Positions 10,064 to 19,974 of a stretch of 57,380 nt of DNA are shown piece by piece (the stretch's first letter is position 1; every line of letters begins with the position of its first letter). The notes under the pieces were generated by a model. That model was not told the DNA's origin. It saw only the letters and a program-made list of their open reading frames with translations, and searched no databases. Both the position numbers and the translations under genes were made by a program. Source of the DNA: Candidatus Onthousia excrementipullorum. Lineage in GTDB: Bacteria; Bacillota_I; Bacilli_A; RF39; UBA660. The DNA lies in contig DVHC01000043.1 in NCBI GenBank assembly GCA_018712385.1, positions 1 through 57,380 on the forward strand, read 5' to 3'.

Positions 10064-10762
10064 ATGAAAAAGAAAAGTTTGATGTTAATACTATTAATAT
10101 TTATGATTAGTGGTTGTAGTGTAGAAGTTAATGTTGATATTAGTGATAATAAAATAAAAGAGAGTAATGATATTACAGTTTTAGAGAATGCTTTATATAC
10201 TAAGGAGATTTTAAGAACATCATTTAGAGATTATATTCCTATATATGCTTCTGATTTAATAGTAGATACGATACCTGATCAACCTTTTTCTGATATTTTA
10301 TATTATAATAAAAAGACTACTGATTTAGAGAATGGTTATAAATTTAATTATAGTTATGATTTTGATGTAGATAAGTATGGAGATGCTAGAACTATTAAAG
10401 ATGGTTTTAGAGATTATAGTTATACTTATAGAAATGATGTTATATCATTATCGACTGATGATGAAGGATTAATTTATTTTGATGAGTATCCTCTTTTAGA
10501 AGAGGTAACAGTTAATATTAAGACTGATTATTTGGTAGAAGAAAATAATGCTGATAAAGTTAATGGTAATACTTATACTTGGGTCTTTAATAAAGATAGT
10601 AAGAAAAGTATTAAAATAGTAGTAGATACTAGTGAAAGTGGGAATAGAGTTTTAGGTATTATAAATGTTAGTACAGTTATTACTATTGGAATTGTAATAG
10701 GAATAGTACTTGTTATTTTAATTTTATTACTTATAAGAAATAGAAAGAATAATAAAATATAA
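10064..10762 (+). CDS. T4SS-associated lipoprotein with a C-terminal TM anchor (paralog B)
   Basis: The lipobox is MISGC. The C-terminal TM is followed by RNRKNNKI. It is alignable with the ORF at 8008-8685. Confidence 0.7.
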   Translation: MKKKSLMLILLIFMISGCSVEVNVDISDNKIKESNDITVLENALYTKEILRTSFRDYIPIYASDLIVDTIPDQPFSDILYYNKKTTDLENGYKFNYSYDFDVDKYGDARTIKDGFRDYSYTYRNDVISLSTDDEGLIYFDEYPLLEEVTVNIKTDYLVEENNADKVNGNTYTWVFNKDSKKSIKIVVDTSESGNRVLGIINVSTVITIGIVIGIVLVILILLLIRNRKNNKI

Positions 10763-10773
10763 ATAAATTTTTG

Positions 10774-10802
10774 TTTTCAAAATGCAAAAATACTGGTATA
10801 AT
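10774..10802 (+). promoter_or_regulatory. Candidate internal promoter for the coupling-protein gene
   Basis: TTTTCA (10774-10779), a 17-nt spacer and TATAAT (10797-10802), with an extended -10 TG at 10794-10795. Confidence 0.4.
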
Positions 10803-10842
10803 AAGCGTAGATTTTAATTGAGATTAAACAGAGGTGGATATT

Positions 10843-13068
10843 ATGAAGTTAAAGTTTAGAGCTGATAAAGATGATGTAATGATATTTGTAGTCTTTGCAA
10901 TCTTTTTACTTTATATAGTAGCGATAGGTGTTGTTAATTTACATTCTTTTGCTACAGAAGGATATTTTAGTGGACTTAATCCATTTCCTGCATTTGCACC
11001 TAGATTTTTATGGATTACTTTGATTGTTTATTTTGTGGCTTTAATAGGTATGCTTATTAGTGTTAAATCATACTTTTTTGAAATGGAAAAGGGCTTTGGT
11101 TTTACTAGTGAGAAAAAAGATAAAGGTTATTCTAGATGGGCTAAAGATAAAGAAATGAAAGCTGAAGAAGATATAGTTATGGTTACTCCACAACAAGAAG
11201 TTAGTGATGCTGCAGGGGTTCCTTTAATTTTAAATGAAAAAGAAGCTTGGGTTGATAATGGTGAATATCATACTTTAGTTATTGGTTCTACTGGTTCTGG
11301 TAAGACTCAGACTGTTATTAAGCCTACGGTTAAATTACTTGCTAAAGCAGGGGAGTCTATGATTATTACTGACCCTAAGGGTGAAATTTATGAGGCTACT
11401 GCTAATATGCTTAGGGATAAAGGTTATGACGTACAGATACTTAACTTCCGTGATCCTCAAAATGGTAGTAGTTGGAATCCATTATCACTTCCTTATAGGA
11501 TGTATAAAAGTGGTAATCAAGATAAAGCGATTGAGTTACTTGATGACCTTGCTTTAAATATTTTATATGATGAATCTAGTAATAATAGTGACCCTTTCTG
11601 GGAAAAGACATCAGCTGATTACTTCTCTGGTGTTGCATTAGGACTTTTTGAAGATGCTAAAGAAGATGAGATTAATATTAATAGTATTAGTTTAATGACT
11701 ACGGTTGGAGAAGAGAAGTTTGGGGGTAGTACTTATATTAAAGAATACTTCTCATTTAAAGATCCTGCTAGTGCTTCAGTTATTAATGCTTCTAGTACTA
11801 TTAATGCTCCTACAGATACTAAGGGGTCAATTTTATCAGTATTTAGACAAAAGATTAAATTATTTGCATCTCGTGAGAACTTATCAGAAATGCTTAGTCA
11901 TAGTGATATAGAACTTGCTGATATTGGTAGGAAGAAGACAGCCTTATTTATAGTTGTACAAGATGAAAAGAAAACATATCATTCTCTTGTTACAATCCTT
12001 TTGAAACAGTGTTATGAAACATTGATTGGGGTAGCCCAAGAAAATGGAGGAGAACTTCCTGTTAGAACTAACTTCTTACTAGATGAGTTTGCTAATATGC
12101 CACCTTTAAAAGATGTTACAACTATGATTACGGCAGCACGTTCAAGACATATAAGATTTACAATGATTATTCAAAACTATGCCCAGTTAAATCAAGTTTA
12201 TGGTAAAGAAAATGCGGAGACTATTCGTGGTAACTGTGGTAACATTATATATCTAATTTCGGCAGAGCTTGCGGCTCTTGAAGAAATATCTAAGATGTGT
12301 GGGGAAGTTAAGTCTAAAGATGATGATAAGACGGCTTCAACTCCTTTAGTTACTGTATCTGATTTACAGAGAATGAAACAGTTTGAAGTTATTATTTTAA
12401 GGATGAGAATGCAACCTTTTAAGACTAAGTTTACTCCTGATTTTAAACTTGATTGGGGTAAGACTTATCCTAAAGCTACTTATCCAGAAAGAGAGAAACA
12501 ACAAGTTCATACATTTGATATAAAGACTTTTGTTAAAGAGAAGAAGAAAGAAAAATTACTTGAGATGATGAATAGTAATAATGCAAATCCTAATGGTGGA
12601 AGTACACCTCCTGGATTTGTACCACCAAATCTTTTTGGAATTGGTGCAGGTAGTAATGCCAATGCTAATCCTATGAGTGGGGCTATGCCTAATCCTAATG
12701 GTATGCCTAGACCTAATAGTAATCCAATGCCATCTTTTATGAATCCTAGTATGGGAAATGAAAGTAATAATGCACCTAAGAAGCCTTCATTTGATGTAGA
12801 TGAGTTAGTTAAAAAGATTGATGCCAAGATTGCGGAACTTGAAAAAGAAGAAGCGATGAATAAACAGAAACAACAACAGAAGTTAGAGGCGATGAAAGCT
12901 AAGGAACCTAAACCTGTTAAGGATGTTTCTCCTGTTAAAGAAGTTGTTAATAGTCCTATTCCTGAAGTTAGTGAAATGCCAAAATTTGAACAACCTAAAA
13001 AGGAAGTTAACTTAAGTTTAGATGATGACGATGATGATGACTTCTTTGATGATTTCTTTGATGAATAG
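10843..13068 (+). CDS. Type IV coupling protein (VirD4/TraG family) with a Pro/Asn-rich acidic C-terminal tail
   Basis: The ORF track gives 10834 (GTG). ATG 10843 is preferred because GAGGTGG lies at 10831-10837. There are two N-terminal TM segments. Walker A is GSTGSGKTQ and Walker B is LLDEFANMPPL. The C-terminus ends DDDDDDDFFDDFFDE. Confidence 0.85.
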   Translation: MKLKFRADKDDVMIFVVFAIFLLYIVAIGVVNLHSFATEGYFSGLNPFPAFAPRFLWITLIVYFVALIGMLISVKSYFFEMEKGFGFTSEKKDKGYSRWAKDKEMKAEEDIVMVTPQQEVSDAAGVPLILNEKEAWVDNGEYHTLVIGSTGSGKTQTVIKPTVKLLAKAGESMIITDPKGEIYEATANMLRDKGYDVQILNFRDPQNGSSWNPLSLPYRMYKSGNQDKAIELLDDLALNILYDESSNNSDPFWEKTSADYFSGVALGLFEDAKEDEININSISLMTTVGEEKFGGSTYIKEYFSFKDPASASVINASSTINAPTDTKGSILSVFRQKIKLFASRENLSEMLSHSDIELADIGRKKTALFIVVQDEKKTYHSLVTILLKQCYETLIGVAQENGGELPVRTNFLLDEFANMPPLKDVTTMITAARSRHIRFTMIIQNYAQLNQVYGKENAETIRGNCGNIIYLISAELAALEEISKMCGEVKSKDDDKTASTPLVTVSDLQRMKQFEVIILRMRMQPFKTKFTPDFKLDWGKTYPKATYPEREKQQVHTFDIKTFVKEKKKEKLLEMMNSNNANPNGGSTPPGFVPPNLFGIGAGSNANANPMSGAMPNPNGMPRPNSNPMPSFMNPSMGNESNNAPKKPSFDVDELVKKIDAKIAELEKEEAMNKQKQQQKLEAMKAKEPKPVKDVSPVKEVVNSPIPEVSEMPKFEQPKKEVNLSLDDDDDDDFFDDFFDE

Positions 13069-13084
13069 AAAATTTAATTAATTA

Positions 13085-13117
13085 GTAGGCAAATTTTAAA
13101 TTTTGCCTACTTTTTTT
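13085..13117 (+). terminator. Intrinsic terminator ending the transfer operon
   Basis: GTAGGCAAA-loop-TTTGCCTAC hairpin followed by T7. Confidence 0.8.
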
Positions 13118-13136
13118 AAAATATTTAAATTTGTAG

Positions 13137-13228
13137 TTGACAAATCATTCTCTTATTAATATAATGTTAATAACAAGTTTAATTACTTGCTTATTTCTTA
13201 GCTTTTGATATTAATAAAAAGTTAATAA
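13137..13228 (+). promoter_or_regulatory. Consensus sigma-A promoter with two AT-rich palindromic operator candidates (putative NrtR sites) upstream of pncA
   Basis: TTGACA (13137-13142), a 17-nt spacer and TATAAT (13160-13165). TTATTAATATAATGTTAATAA (13153-13173) overlaps the -10. ATATTAATAAAAAGTTAATAA (13208-13228) abuts the RBS. The same layout recurs at 17937-18027. Confidence 0.6.
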
Positions 13229-13242
13229 GAGGAGGGATAATT

Positions 13243-13830
13243 ATGAAGGTTAAGAATTTTAAAGTCTATAATAAAGCTTTAATTGTTGTTGATATGGTTA
13301 ATGGCTTTGTTAAGGAAGGAGTGTTACATGATGATAGTATCGCTAGAGTTATACCTAGACAGATAGAACTTATTAAAGAATATCATAATGAAGGAGAACT
13401 TGTTATCTTTATTCAAGATACTCATACTAAAGAATCTATAGAGCATAAGAGATTTCCTGATTATCACTGTCTTAAAGGTAGTGGAGAAGAGGAAGTAGTG
13501 GATGAGTTAAAACCTTTTACTACTTTAGATAATACTATATGTATACCTAAGAACTCTACAAGTTTTATGGAATCCCCTGTTTTTAGAGATGTGATGAAGG
13601 AAGCTTCTAATATAAAAGAGTTTGATATAGTAGGATGTTGTACTGATATTTGTGTATGTAATGGTTCTCTTGGCCTTGCTAATTATTTAGATGAACATAA
13701 TAGAGATAGTGTTATTAGAGTGCATAAAGATGCTGTGGCAACCTTTGCAGAAGGTAATAGACAAAATTATGTAGATGCAGCTTACTTACTTATGGACCAA
13801 CAAGGAATTCAGTTAGTTAAAAAAATTTAG
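13243..13830 (+). CDS. pncA: Nicotinamidase (isochorismatase/cysteine-hydrolase family)
   Basis: 195 aa with ALIVVDMVNGF and the catalytic-Cys region VGCCTDICV. It lies directly upstream of pncB. Confidence 0.75.
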   Translation: MKVKNFKVYNKALIVVDMVNGFVKEGVLHDDSIARVIPRQIELIKEYHNEGELVIFIQDTHTKESIEHKRFPDYHCLKGSGEEEVVDELKPFTTLDNTICIPKNSTSFMESPVFRDVMKEASNIKEFDIVGCCTDICVCNGSLGLANYLDEHNRDSVIRVHKDAVATFAEGNRQNYVDAAYLLMDQQGIQLVKKI

Positions 13831-13873
13831 AATTTGATATTAATGTTTTGATAAAAAGAAAGGAATGATTTAA

Positions 13874-15349
13874 ATGAATGAAAGAAATTTAACTTTATTA
13901 ACTGATTTGTATGAACTTACAATGATGAATGGATATTTTGATATGAAAAGAGATGAAAAAGTAGTATTTGATGTTTTTTATCGTAATAATCCATATGATG
14001 GGGGATATGCGATTGTGGCAGGGCTTGAACAAGTAATAGATTATATTAAAAATTTACACTTTGATAGGGAAGATATAGAGTATTTGAGGGAATTAGAACT
14101 TTTTGATGATAAGTTTTTAAAATATTTAGAAAACTTTAAATTCACGGGTAATATTTATGCAATTAAAGAAGGAACTGTGGTCTTTCCAATGGAACCTTTG
14201 TTAAAAGTAGAAGCTCCTATAATAGAGGCACAACTTGTAGAAACTGCTATTTTAAATATTATTAATCATCAAAGTTTAATTGCTACTAAAGCTTCTCGTG
14301 TATGTGAAGCGGCTAAAGGGGATGCTGTTATGGAGTTTGGTCTTAGAAGAGCGCAAGGTGCTGATGCTGGTATATATGGAGCGAGGGCGGCTGTTATTGG
14401 AGGATGTTCATCTACCAGTAATGTACTAGCAGGACAAAAATTTGATATACCAGTTGCAGGAACTCATGCTCACAGCTGGATTATGAGTTTTGATAATGAA
14501 TATGAAGCTTTTAAGAAATATGCAGAACTATTTCCTAATAATGCAACCTTGCTAGTAGATACTTATGATACTTTAAACTTAGGTGTTCCTAATGCCATAA
14601 GAGTATTTAAAGAATTAAAAGATGAAGGTAGGATGCCTAAAAAATATGGAATAAGACTTGATAGTGGAGATTTAGCATATCTATCTAAAAAAGCTAGAAT
14701 TATGTTAGATGAAGCCGGATTTCCTGATGCCACAATCTGTGCTTCTAATGACTTAGATGAATATCTAATAGAATCTTTAAAAGAACAAGGTGCTAAAATA
14801 AATCTTTGGGGAGTAGGTACTAGTTTGATTACTTCTAAAAATTGGTCTAGTTTTGGAGGAGTTTATAAACTTGCTGCCATTAAAAAAGGTGGGGAAGTTA
14901 TTCCTAAGATTAAACTTAGTGAAGATAGAGTAAAAATTACTAATCCAGGAGATAAACAAGTATTTAGATTCTATGATAAAGAAACAGGTAAGATTAGAGG
15001 AGATATTATTGGCAATACATACGAAAAATATTATGAAGATAAGACAACTACAATGTTTGATCCTGTAGATACTTGGAAGAGAAAAGAGTTAGAGAAAGGT
15101 ACTTATATTGTTAGAGAGTTGTTAGAGCCTATATTTATAAATGGTGAATGTGTCTATAAAAGTGATAGTGTTATGAATATTAGAGATTATTGTAGTAAAG
15201 AAAAATCAACTTTGAGTGATGAGAATAAAAGATTTGTTAATCCTCATCCTGTACATGTGGATTTAAGTTATGACTTATGGAATTTAAAAAATAAAATGAT
15301 TGAAGAAGAAAAGAAATTAGTTAAAAAGTTGGGAGTAGATAATGCGTAA
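13874..15349 (+). CDS. pncB: Nicotinate phosphoribosyltransferase
   Basis: 491 aa. The N-terminus LTLLTDLYELTMMNGYF and the segments GLRRAQG and GTHAHSW are typical of PncB. Confidence 0.9.
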   Translation: MNERNLTLLTDLYELTMMNGYFDMKRDEKVVFDVFYRNNPYDGGYAIVAGLEQVIDYIKNLHFDREDIEYLRELELFDDKFLKYLENFKFTGNIYAIKEGTVVFPMEPLLKVEAPIIEAQLVETAILNIINHQSLIATKASRVCEAAKGDAVMEFGLRRAQGADAGIYGARAAVIGGCSSTSNVLAGQKFDIPVAGTHAHSWIMSFDNEYEAFKKYAELFPNNATLLVDTYDTLNLGVPNAIRVFKELKDEGRMPKKYGIRLDSGDLAYLSKKARIMLDEAGFPDATICASNDLDEYLIESLKEQGAKINLWGVGTSLITSKNWSSFGGVYKLAAIKKGGEVIPKIKLSEDRVKITNPGDKQVFRFYDKETGKIRGDIIGNTYEKYYEDKTTTMFDPVDTWKRKELEKGTYIVRELLEPIFINGECVYKSDSVMNIRDYCSKEKSTLSDENKRFVNPHPVHVDLSYDLWNLKNKMIEEEKKLVKKLGVDNA

Positions 15350-15986
15350 AGAGAAATTAGAAGAGTTAAATGATTATATAAAGGAATTAAAGACAATAAA
15401 AAGGACTTTAGTAGATAGTGAATATATTTATGATGAAAATAATAATCCTATTAAGCGAAAAGGTTTTCTAAATGTAGAAAAATATATGGTAGAACTTGCT
15501 AATGGGATGGTTGTTCCAAGAGAGAAGCTTGTTAAAGGTGGTAAAGATAAAAGTGCTGCAATTGTTATGCCAGTAACTAGAGATAATAATACAGTTTTAG
15601 TAGTACAATCTAGAAGTAGTACCAAAGAATCTGTTTGTGTGGAATTTCCTGCAGGTTATATTGAAGAGGGAGAGAGTCCTGAATATGGTGCAGAAAGAGA
15701 AGTTGTAGAAGAGACAGGATATGTTCCCAAAGAAATGATTTACTTAGATAAATTTTATCAGGACCAATCTTGTGGTGTATGTGCATATAATTATAGTTAT
15801 TTGGCATTAGACTGTGAAAAAGTACAAGAACAAAATTTAGATGATAATGAAGCGATTAGATATTTTGAATGTAGTGTTGATGAAGTCGTAGAATTAATGG
15901 AACGAGGATATATTACAGATATTCAAACTAAATATACTTTTAATTTAGCAAGGACTTATGTATATAGTTTAAAAAAGGCGAAATAA
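15342..15986 (+). CDS. Nudix hydrolase, probably ADP-ribose pyrophosphatase
   Basis: It has a canonical Nudix box (GYIEEGESPEYGAEREVVEETGY). It overlaps pncB by 8 nt. Confidence 0.75.
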   Translation: MRKEKLEELNDYIKELKTIKRTLVDSEYIYDENNNPIKRKGFLNVEKYMVELANGMVVPREKLVKGGKDKSAAIVMPVTRDNNTVLVVQSRSSTKESVCVEFPAGYIEEGESPEYGAEREVVEETGYVPKEMIYLDKFYQDQSCGVCAYNYSYLALDCEKVQEQNLDDNEAIRYFECSVDEVVELMERGYITDIQTKYTFNLARTYVYSLKKAK

Positions 15987-16009
15987 TAAAAAAGAAAGGG
16001 AGATTTAAA

Positions 16010-17929
16010 ATGAAAGAATATGGGGTTGTTAGAGTAGGGGCAATTGTTAATAAGTTAGTACTTGCAAGTCCCGTGGATAATGCTAAAGAGATAGTTAGGA
16101 TGATTAGGGAAGCTTATAAGAATAATATTTCTATTGTTACTACTCCTGAACTTGCTCTTACTGGTTATACTTGTGGGGATTTGTTTTTACAAGATGAATT
16201 GATTGAAGATGCTGAGAAAGCTTTAAGTATTATTTTGGAAGATACTAAAGATTTAGATATTATTTCTATAATAGGGATGCCTATAAGATGTAATAATCAG
16301 TTGTTAAACTGTGCAGTTGTTATAGAAAAAGGTAATATTTTGGGGATTGTTCCTAAGACTTATATACCTAATTATAGTGAGTTTTATGAGAAGAGATGGT
16401 TTACTTCTAGTGTTGATTTAAAGAATAGTGAAGTTAATCTATTAGATAGATTAGTACCTATTTCTACTAAGTTAATATTTAAAGATAAAAAATATAAGGA
16501 AGTATCTTTTGCAATTGAAATATGTGAAGACTTGTGGAGTGTTAATCCTCCTAGTAATAATCATGCTTTAAATGGGGCTTCTATTATCTTTAATCTATCT
16601 AGTAGTAATGAGATAGTTGGCAAAGATAGTTATAGAAGAAATTTGGTTTCTATAGAGTCTGCTAAAACAATATCAGGTTATATTTATGCAAGTAGTGGTA
16701 TTATGGAATCTACTTCTGATTTAGTATTTGGAGGGGCTTCTTTAATCTATGAGAATGGTAAATTATTAAAGTCTAATAAACGTTTTGAGATAGAGAGTAA
16801 TTTAATATATGCTGATATTGATGTTAAAAGATTAATTAATGAAAGATGTCGTAATAGTAGTTTTGCAGGAAGTCTATATGATGGCGATTATAAAGTGATA
16901 GATGTTAATGTTAGTGATAGGATAAAGAATCTTGATAGAACTTATAAGATGTATCCTTTTATACCGACAACTGATAAAGAGAAAAGGTTTGAAGAGATAT
17001 TAGAAATACAAAGTAGTGCCCTTGCTAGACGTATAATTCACTTAAATAATACTAAATGTGTTATAGGTATGTCTGGAGGACTTGATTCTACTCTTGCTTT
17101 CTTAGTTATAGTTAGGGCTTTTCGTAAACTTGGACTTGATAATAAAAATATTATAGGAGTTACGATGCCAGGATTTGGTACTACAGATAGGACTTATTTA
17201 AATGCTATTAATTTGGTTAAAGAATATGGGGCGACTTTAAAAGAAGTTAGTATTAAAGAGGCAAGTTTACTTCATATGAGGGATATTGGGCTAGATGAGG
17301 ATGATAGAAGTGTTACTTATGAAAATATCCAGGCAAGAGAAAGGACCCAAATACTTATGGATATTGCCAATATGGTAGGTGGTATTGTTATTGGAACAGG
17401 TGATTTATCAGAACTTGCCCTTGGATGGTGTACTTATAATGGAGACCATATGAGTATGTATTCAGTTAATTCATCTATTCCTAAGACTTTAGTAAGACAT
17501 TTAGTAGGTTATGTTAAAGATAATAGCAGTGATGAGAGAAAGAAGATATTAACAGATATTTTAGATACTCCTATATCTCCAGAGTTATTACCTCCTGATG
17601 AAGCGGGTAATATCTTACAGAAGACAGAGTCTAGTATTGGTCCTTATGTCTTACATGATTTCTTCTTATATCATTTACTAAGATATGGAGCATCTTTTAA
17701 GAAAATATATTTTCTTGCCAAAGTAACTTTTAAAGATAGTTTTGAAAGTGATGAAATTAAAAAGTGGTTAAAAGTCTTTGTTAAGCGTTTTTATACACAA
17801 CAATTTAAAAGAAATGCTGTTCCTGATGGTGTTAAAGTAGGTACTATTAGTTTATCTCCTAGAGGGGATTTAAGAATGCCTAGTGAAGCTAGTTATGAGA
17901 GAATATTAGAAGAGTTAGATAAAATGTAG
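16010..17929 (+). CDS. nadE: Glutamine-dependent NAD+ synthetase (nitrilase-like domain plus synthetase domain)
   Basis: 639 aa. The N-terminal CN-hydrolase region contains EICEDLW. The synthetase P-loop is SGGLDS. Confidence 0.9.
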   Translation: MKEYGVVRVGAIVNKLVLASPVDNAKEIVRMIREAYKNNISIVTTPELALTGYTCGDLFLQDELIEDAEKALSIILEDTKDLDIISIIGMPIRCNNQLLNCAVVIEKGNILGIVPKTYIPNYSEFYEKRWFTSSVDLKNSEVNLLDRLVPISTKLIFKDKKYKEVSFAIEICEDLWSVNPPSNNHALNGASIIFNLSSSNEIVGKDSYRRNLVSIESAKTISGYIYASSGIMESTSDLVFGGASLIYENGKLLKSNKRFEIESNLIYADIDVKRLINERCRNSSFAGSLYDGDYKVIDVNVSDRIKNLDRTYKMYPFIPTTDKEKRFEEILEIQSSALARRIIHLNNTKCVIGMSGGLDSTLAFLVIVRAFRKLGLDNKNIIGVTMPGFGTTDRTYLNAINLVKEYGATLKEVSIKEASLLHMRDIGLDEDDRSVTYENIQARERTQILMDIANMVGGIVIGTGDLSELALGWCTYNGDHMSMYSVNSSIPKTLVRHLVGYVKDNSSDERKKILTDILDTPISPELLPPDEAGNILQKTESSIGPYVLHDFFLYHLLRYGASFKKIYFLAKVTFKDSFESDEIKKWLKVFVKRFYTQQFKRNAVPDGVKVGTISLSPRGDLRMPSEASYERILEELDKM

Positions 17930-17936
17930 AAATTAG

Positions 17937-18027
17937 TTGACAATTCTTTATCTTATTAATATAATGTTAATAACAGAAATAATTCTGCAATTAATTTTAA
18001 GTTTTCTTATTAATAAAATATTAATAA
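17937..18027 (+). promoter_or_regulatory. Second copy of the consensus promoter plus palindromic operator pair (putative NrtR sites)
   Basis: TTGACA (17937-17942), a 17-nt spacer and TATAAT (17960-17965). TTATTAATATAATGTTAATAA (17953-17973) is identical to the copy at 13153-13173. A perfect palindrome, TTATTAATAaaaTATTAATAA, lies at 18007-18027. Confidence 0.6.
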
Positions 18028-18049
18028 GAAAGAGGAGGTAGTTATGAAT

Positions 18050-19950
18050 GTGCGACAGTAAGCACTAATTATATAGTTGGAGATTAACCAACCTAGTAAA
18101 CCAGGTCAGGAACTAGTACTAGTCTATGGAGCCAAAATCGTGAGATTAGGTTTAAGCGTTAGAACTAGGAGATATGAGAGGAATAGATACGACACTATCC
18201 AGAGAAGATATTCTCTGCTATTGAGCCTCGTTAATACGATAAATGAAAGCCTATGTTCTATTCATAACAGTAGGCAGTAATACACAAACGCTAATGACAA
18301 GGATGTGTAGGTTTCATCGGGGTCTAAGGGTATTTCGAGCAAATCATAATATAATTAGTGTACCTGTGAGGTCTTGTGAGTTCCAAAGCGTTGACGGTTT
18401 AGAACACCAACGATAAAGGTTTAATACAAACTGGCAGTGAGGTCTTAAAGATGAGTAAAATCAGAGGTCTGTAAATGACTCACAAGAAGTCGGACTAGTT
18501 CATAGTAGTGAAGATATAACGTGGTAGGTTAAGGAGCGAAGGGACTAGCATGTAATCGTTTCTGAATAAGAAACAAATACACATAAGAAAGGTGAAGAAA
18601 TTATGGAAAATGATTATTCAGAAATAAGAAGACAGTTAATAAAATACAAAAATGTTCAAAGTCTAATGCAATACATTAACGAAGATACTTTCATGGCTAA
18701 GCATAAGGCTCTTAATGGAAATAAAGCAGTAGGAGTTGATAAAGTAACAAAGAGTATATTCGATATGAATGCAGAAGAAAACATAAGAAAACTATATGAT
18801 GATATGAAGAAGTATAGATATAAGCCATATCCATCAAGGAGAGTTTATATACCAAAAGCTAATGGTGATAAAAGGCCGTTAGGGATACCTAGTTATCAAG
18901 ATAAAATAGTAGAAGGAGTAATGGCAGATATATTGAATGAAATATATGAGTATATCTTCTTATCCTGTTCTTATGGATTTAGACCAAATAGAGACTGTCA
19001 TCAAGCAATAAATGCACTTGATAAAATAATCATGAAGAAGAAAACAAATTATATAGTTGATGCAGATATAAAAGGTTTCTTTAATAATGTTAATCATGAG
19101 TGGTTAATAAAATTCTTAGAACATACAATAAAGGACAAAAACTTTATAAGGTATATAAAGAGGTTTCTTAAGGCTGGAATTATAGAAAATAATAATTATT
19201 ATGATACAGAAAAAGGAACACCTCAAGGAGGACTTATATCACCAATACTCGCAAATGTTTATTTACATTATGTATTAGACTTATGGTTTGAACTATATGT
19301 TAAAACTAAATGTAAAGGTGAAGCTCATTTAGTAAGATACGCAGATGACTTTGTCGCATGTTTTGAAAACGAGGAGGAAGCAAAGTGGTTTTACAAAGAG
19401 TTAATAGAACGTCTTGCAAAGTTTGATTTAGAAATAGAAACTAGTAAAACCAGAATATTTCCCTTTGGAAGAAACTCTAAAACAAAAGACAATTTTGATT
19501 TCCTAGGTTTTAATATTTACAATAGCAAATCTAGAAAAGGTTACTATATGGTGGGATATAAAACAAGTGAAAAGAAATCAAAACAAAAGAAACAAAAGAT
19601 AAAAGAGCATATAAAAGTAAACAGAGATACTAAGCCTAAAGATTTAGTTAAACAATTAAATAAAATATTAACTGGATACTATAACTATTATGGAATAAGT
19701 TTTAATTTCAATTGGTTAGTAGAAATATATAATTATACATTACTACAATTGAAGAAATGGCTAAGTAGAAGAAGCCAAAGAGGTAAAATGACATGGGAAA
19801 AGTATATGGCAATAATAAGATACAATCCTTTGGTAAAACCTAGAATAACCTATAAGTTATGGTAAATTTCAAAGATTATGTGAAGAGCCGTATGCGGGAA
19901 AGCTGCACGTACGGTTCCGTGAGGGGCGATAGTTTTACTTTCAACCTCAC
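18050..19950 (+). mobile_element. Group II intron (about 1.9 kb) with an intron-encoded reverse transcriptase/maturase
   Basis: The 5' end is GTGCG at 18050. Domain V is GAGCCGTATGCGGGAAAGCTGCACGTACGGTTC (19885-19917). The domain VI stem is GTGAGG...CCTCAC with a bulged A (19943/19944), and the 3' end is AC at 19949-19950. Intron ATTCATAAC (18260-18268) is the exact reverse complement of the last 9 nt of the 5' exon, GTTATGAAT (18041-18049). Confidence 0.9.
18603..19865 (+). CDS. Group II intron reverse transcriptase/maturase with no endonuclease domain
   Basis: 420 aa. RT motifs include RPLGIPSYQDKIV, FRPNRDCHQA, GTPQGGLISPILANVYL and YADDFV. The short C-terminus has an X/maturase region only. 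Confidence 0.9.
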   Translation: MENDYSEIRRQLIKYKNVQSLMQYINEDTFMAKHKALNGNKAVGVDKVTKSIFDMNAEENIRKLYDDMKKYRYKPYPSRRVYIPKANGDKRPLGIPSYQDKIVEGVMADILNEIYEYIFLSCSYGFRPNRDCHQAINALDKIIMKKKTNYIVDADIKGFFNNVNHEWLIKFLEHTIKDKNFIRYIKRFLKAGIIENNNYYDTEKGTPQGGLISPILANVYLHYVLDLWFELYVKTKCKGEAHLVRYADDFVACFENEEEAKWFYKELIERLAKFDLEIETSKTRIFPFGRNSKTKDNFDFLGFNIYNSKSRKGYYMVGYKTSEKKSKQKKQKIKEHIKVNRDTKPKDLVKQLNKILTGYYNYYGISFNFNWLVEIYNYTLLQLKKWLSRRSQRGKMTWEKYMAIIRYNPLVKPRITYKLW

Positions 19951-19974
19951 AAATAAAAGAAAAGAGGTAAAGAA

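Noticed and set aside
12580-13068. Pro/Asn-rich and poly-Asp C-terminal tail of the coupling protein, considered as a separate feature
   Set aside because: It is a low-complexity extension in the same frame as the T4CP. No separate gene or repeat element is supported.
3454-15807. Short antisense or alternative-frame ORFs at 3454-3681, 4583-4783, 8053-8274, 8794-9048, 9605-9817, 9609-9842, 11705-11911, 12507-12827, 14777-14959, 15428-15625 and 15610-15807
   Set aside because: Each is fully embedded in a longer, motif-supported gene, either antisense to it or in a different frame of the same strand. This is the expected background of open frames in AT-rich DNA.
18077-18280. 67-aa ORF listed on the plus strand
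   Set aside because: It lies inside domain I of the group II intron ribozyme and covers the EBS-like ATTCATAAC segment. It has no RBS, so the reading frame is fortuitous.
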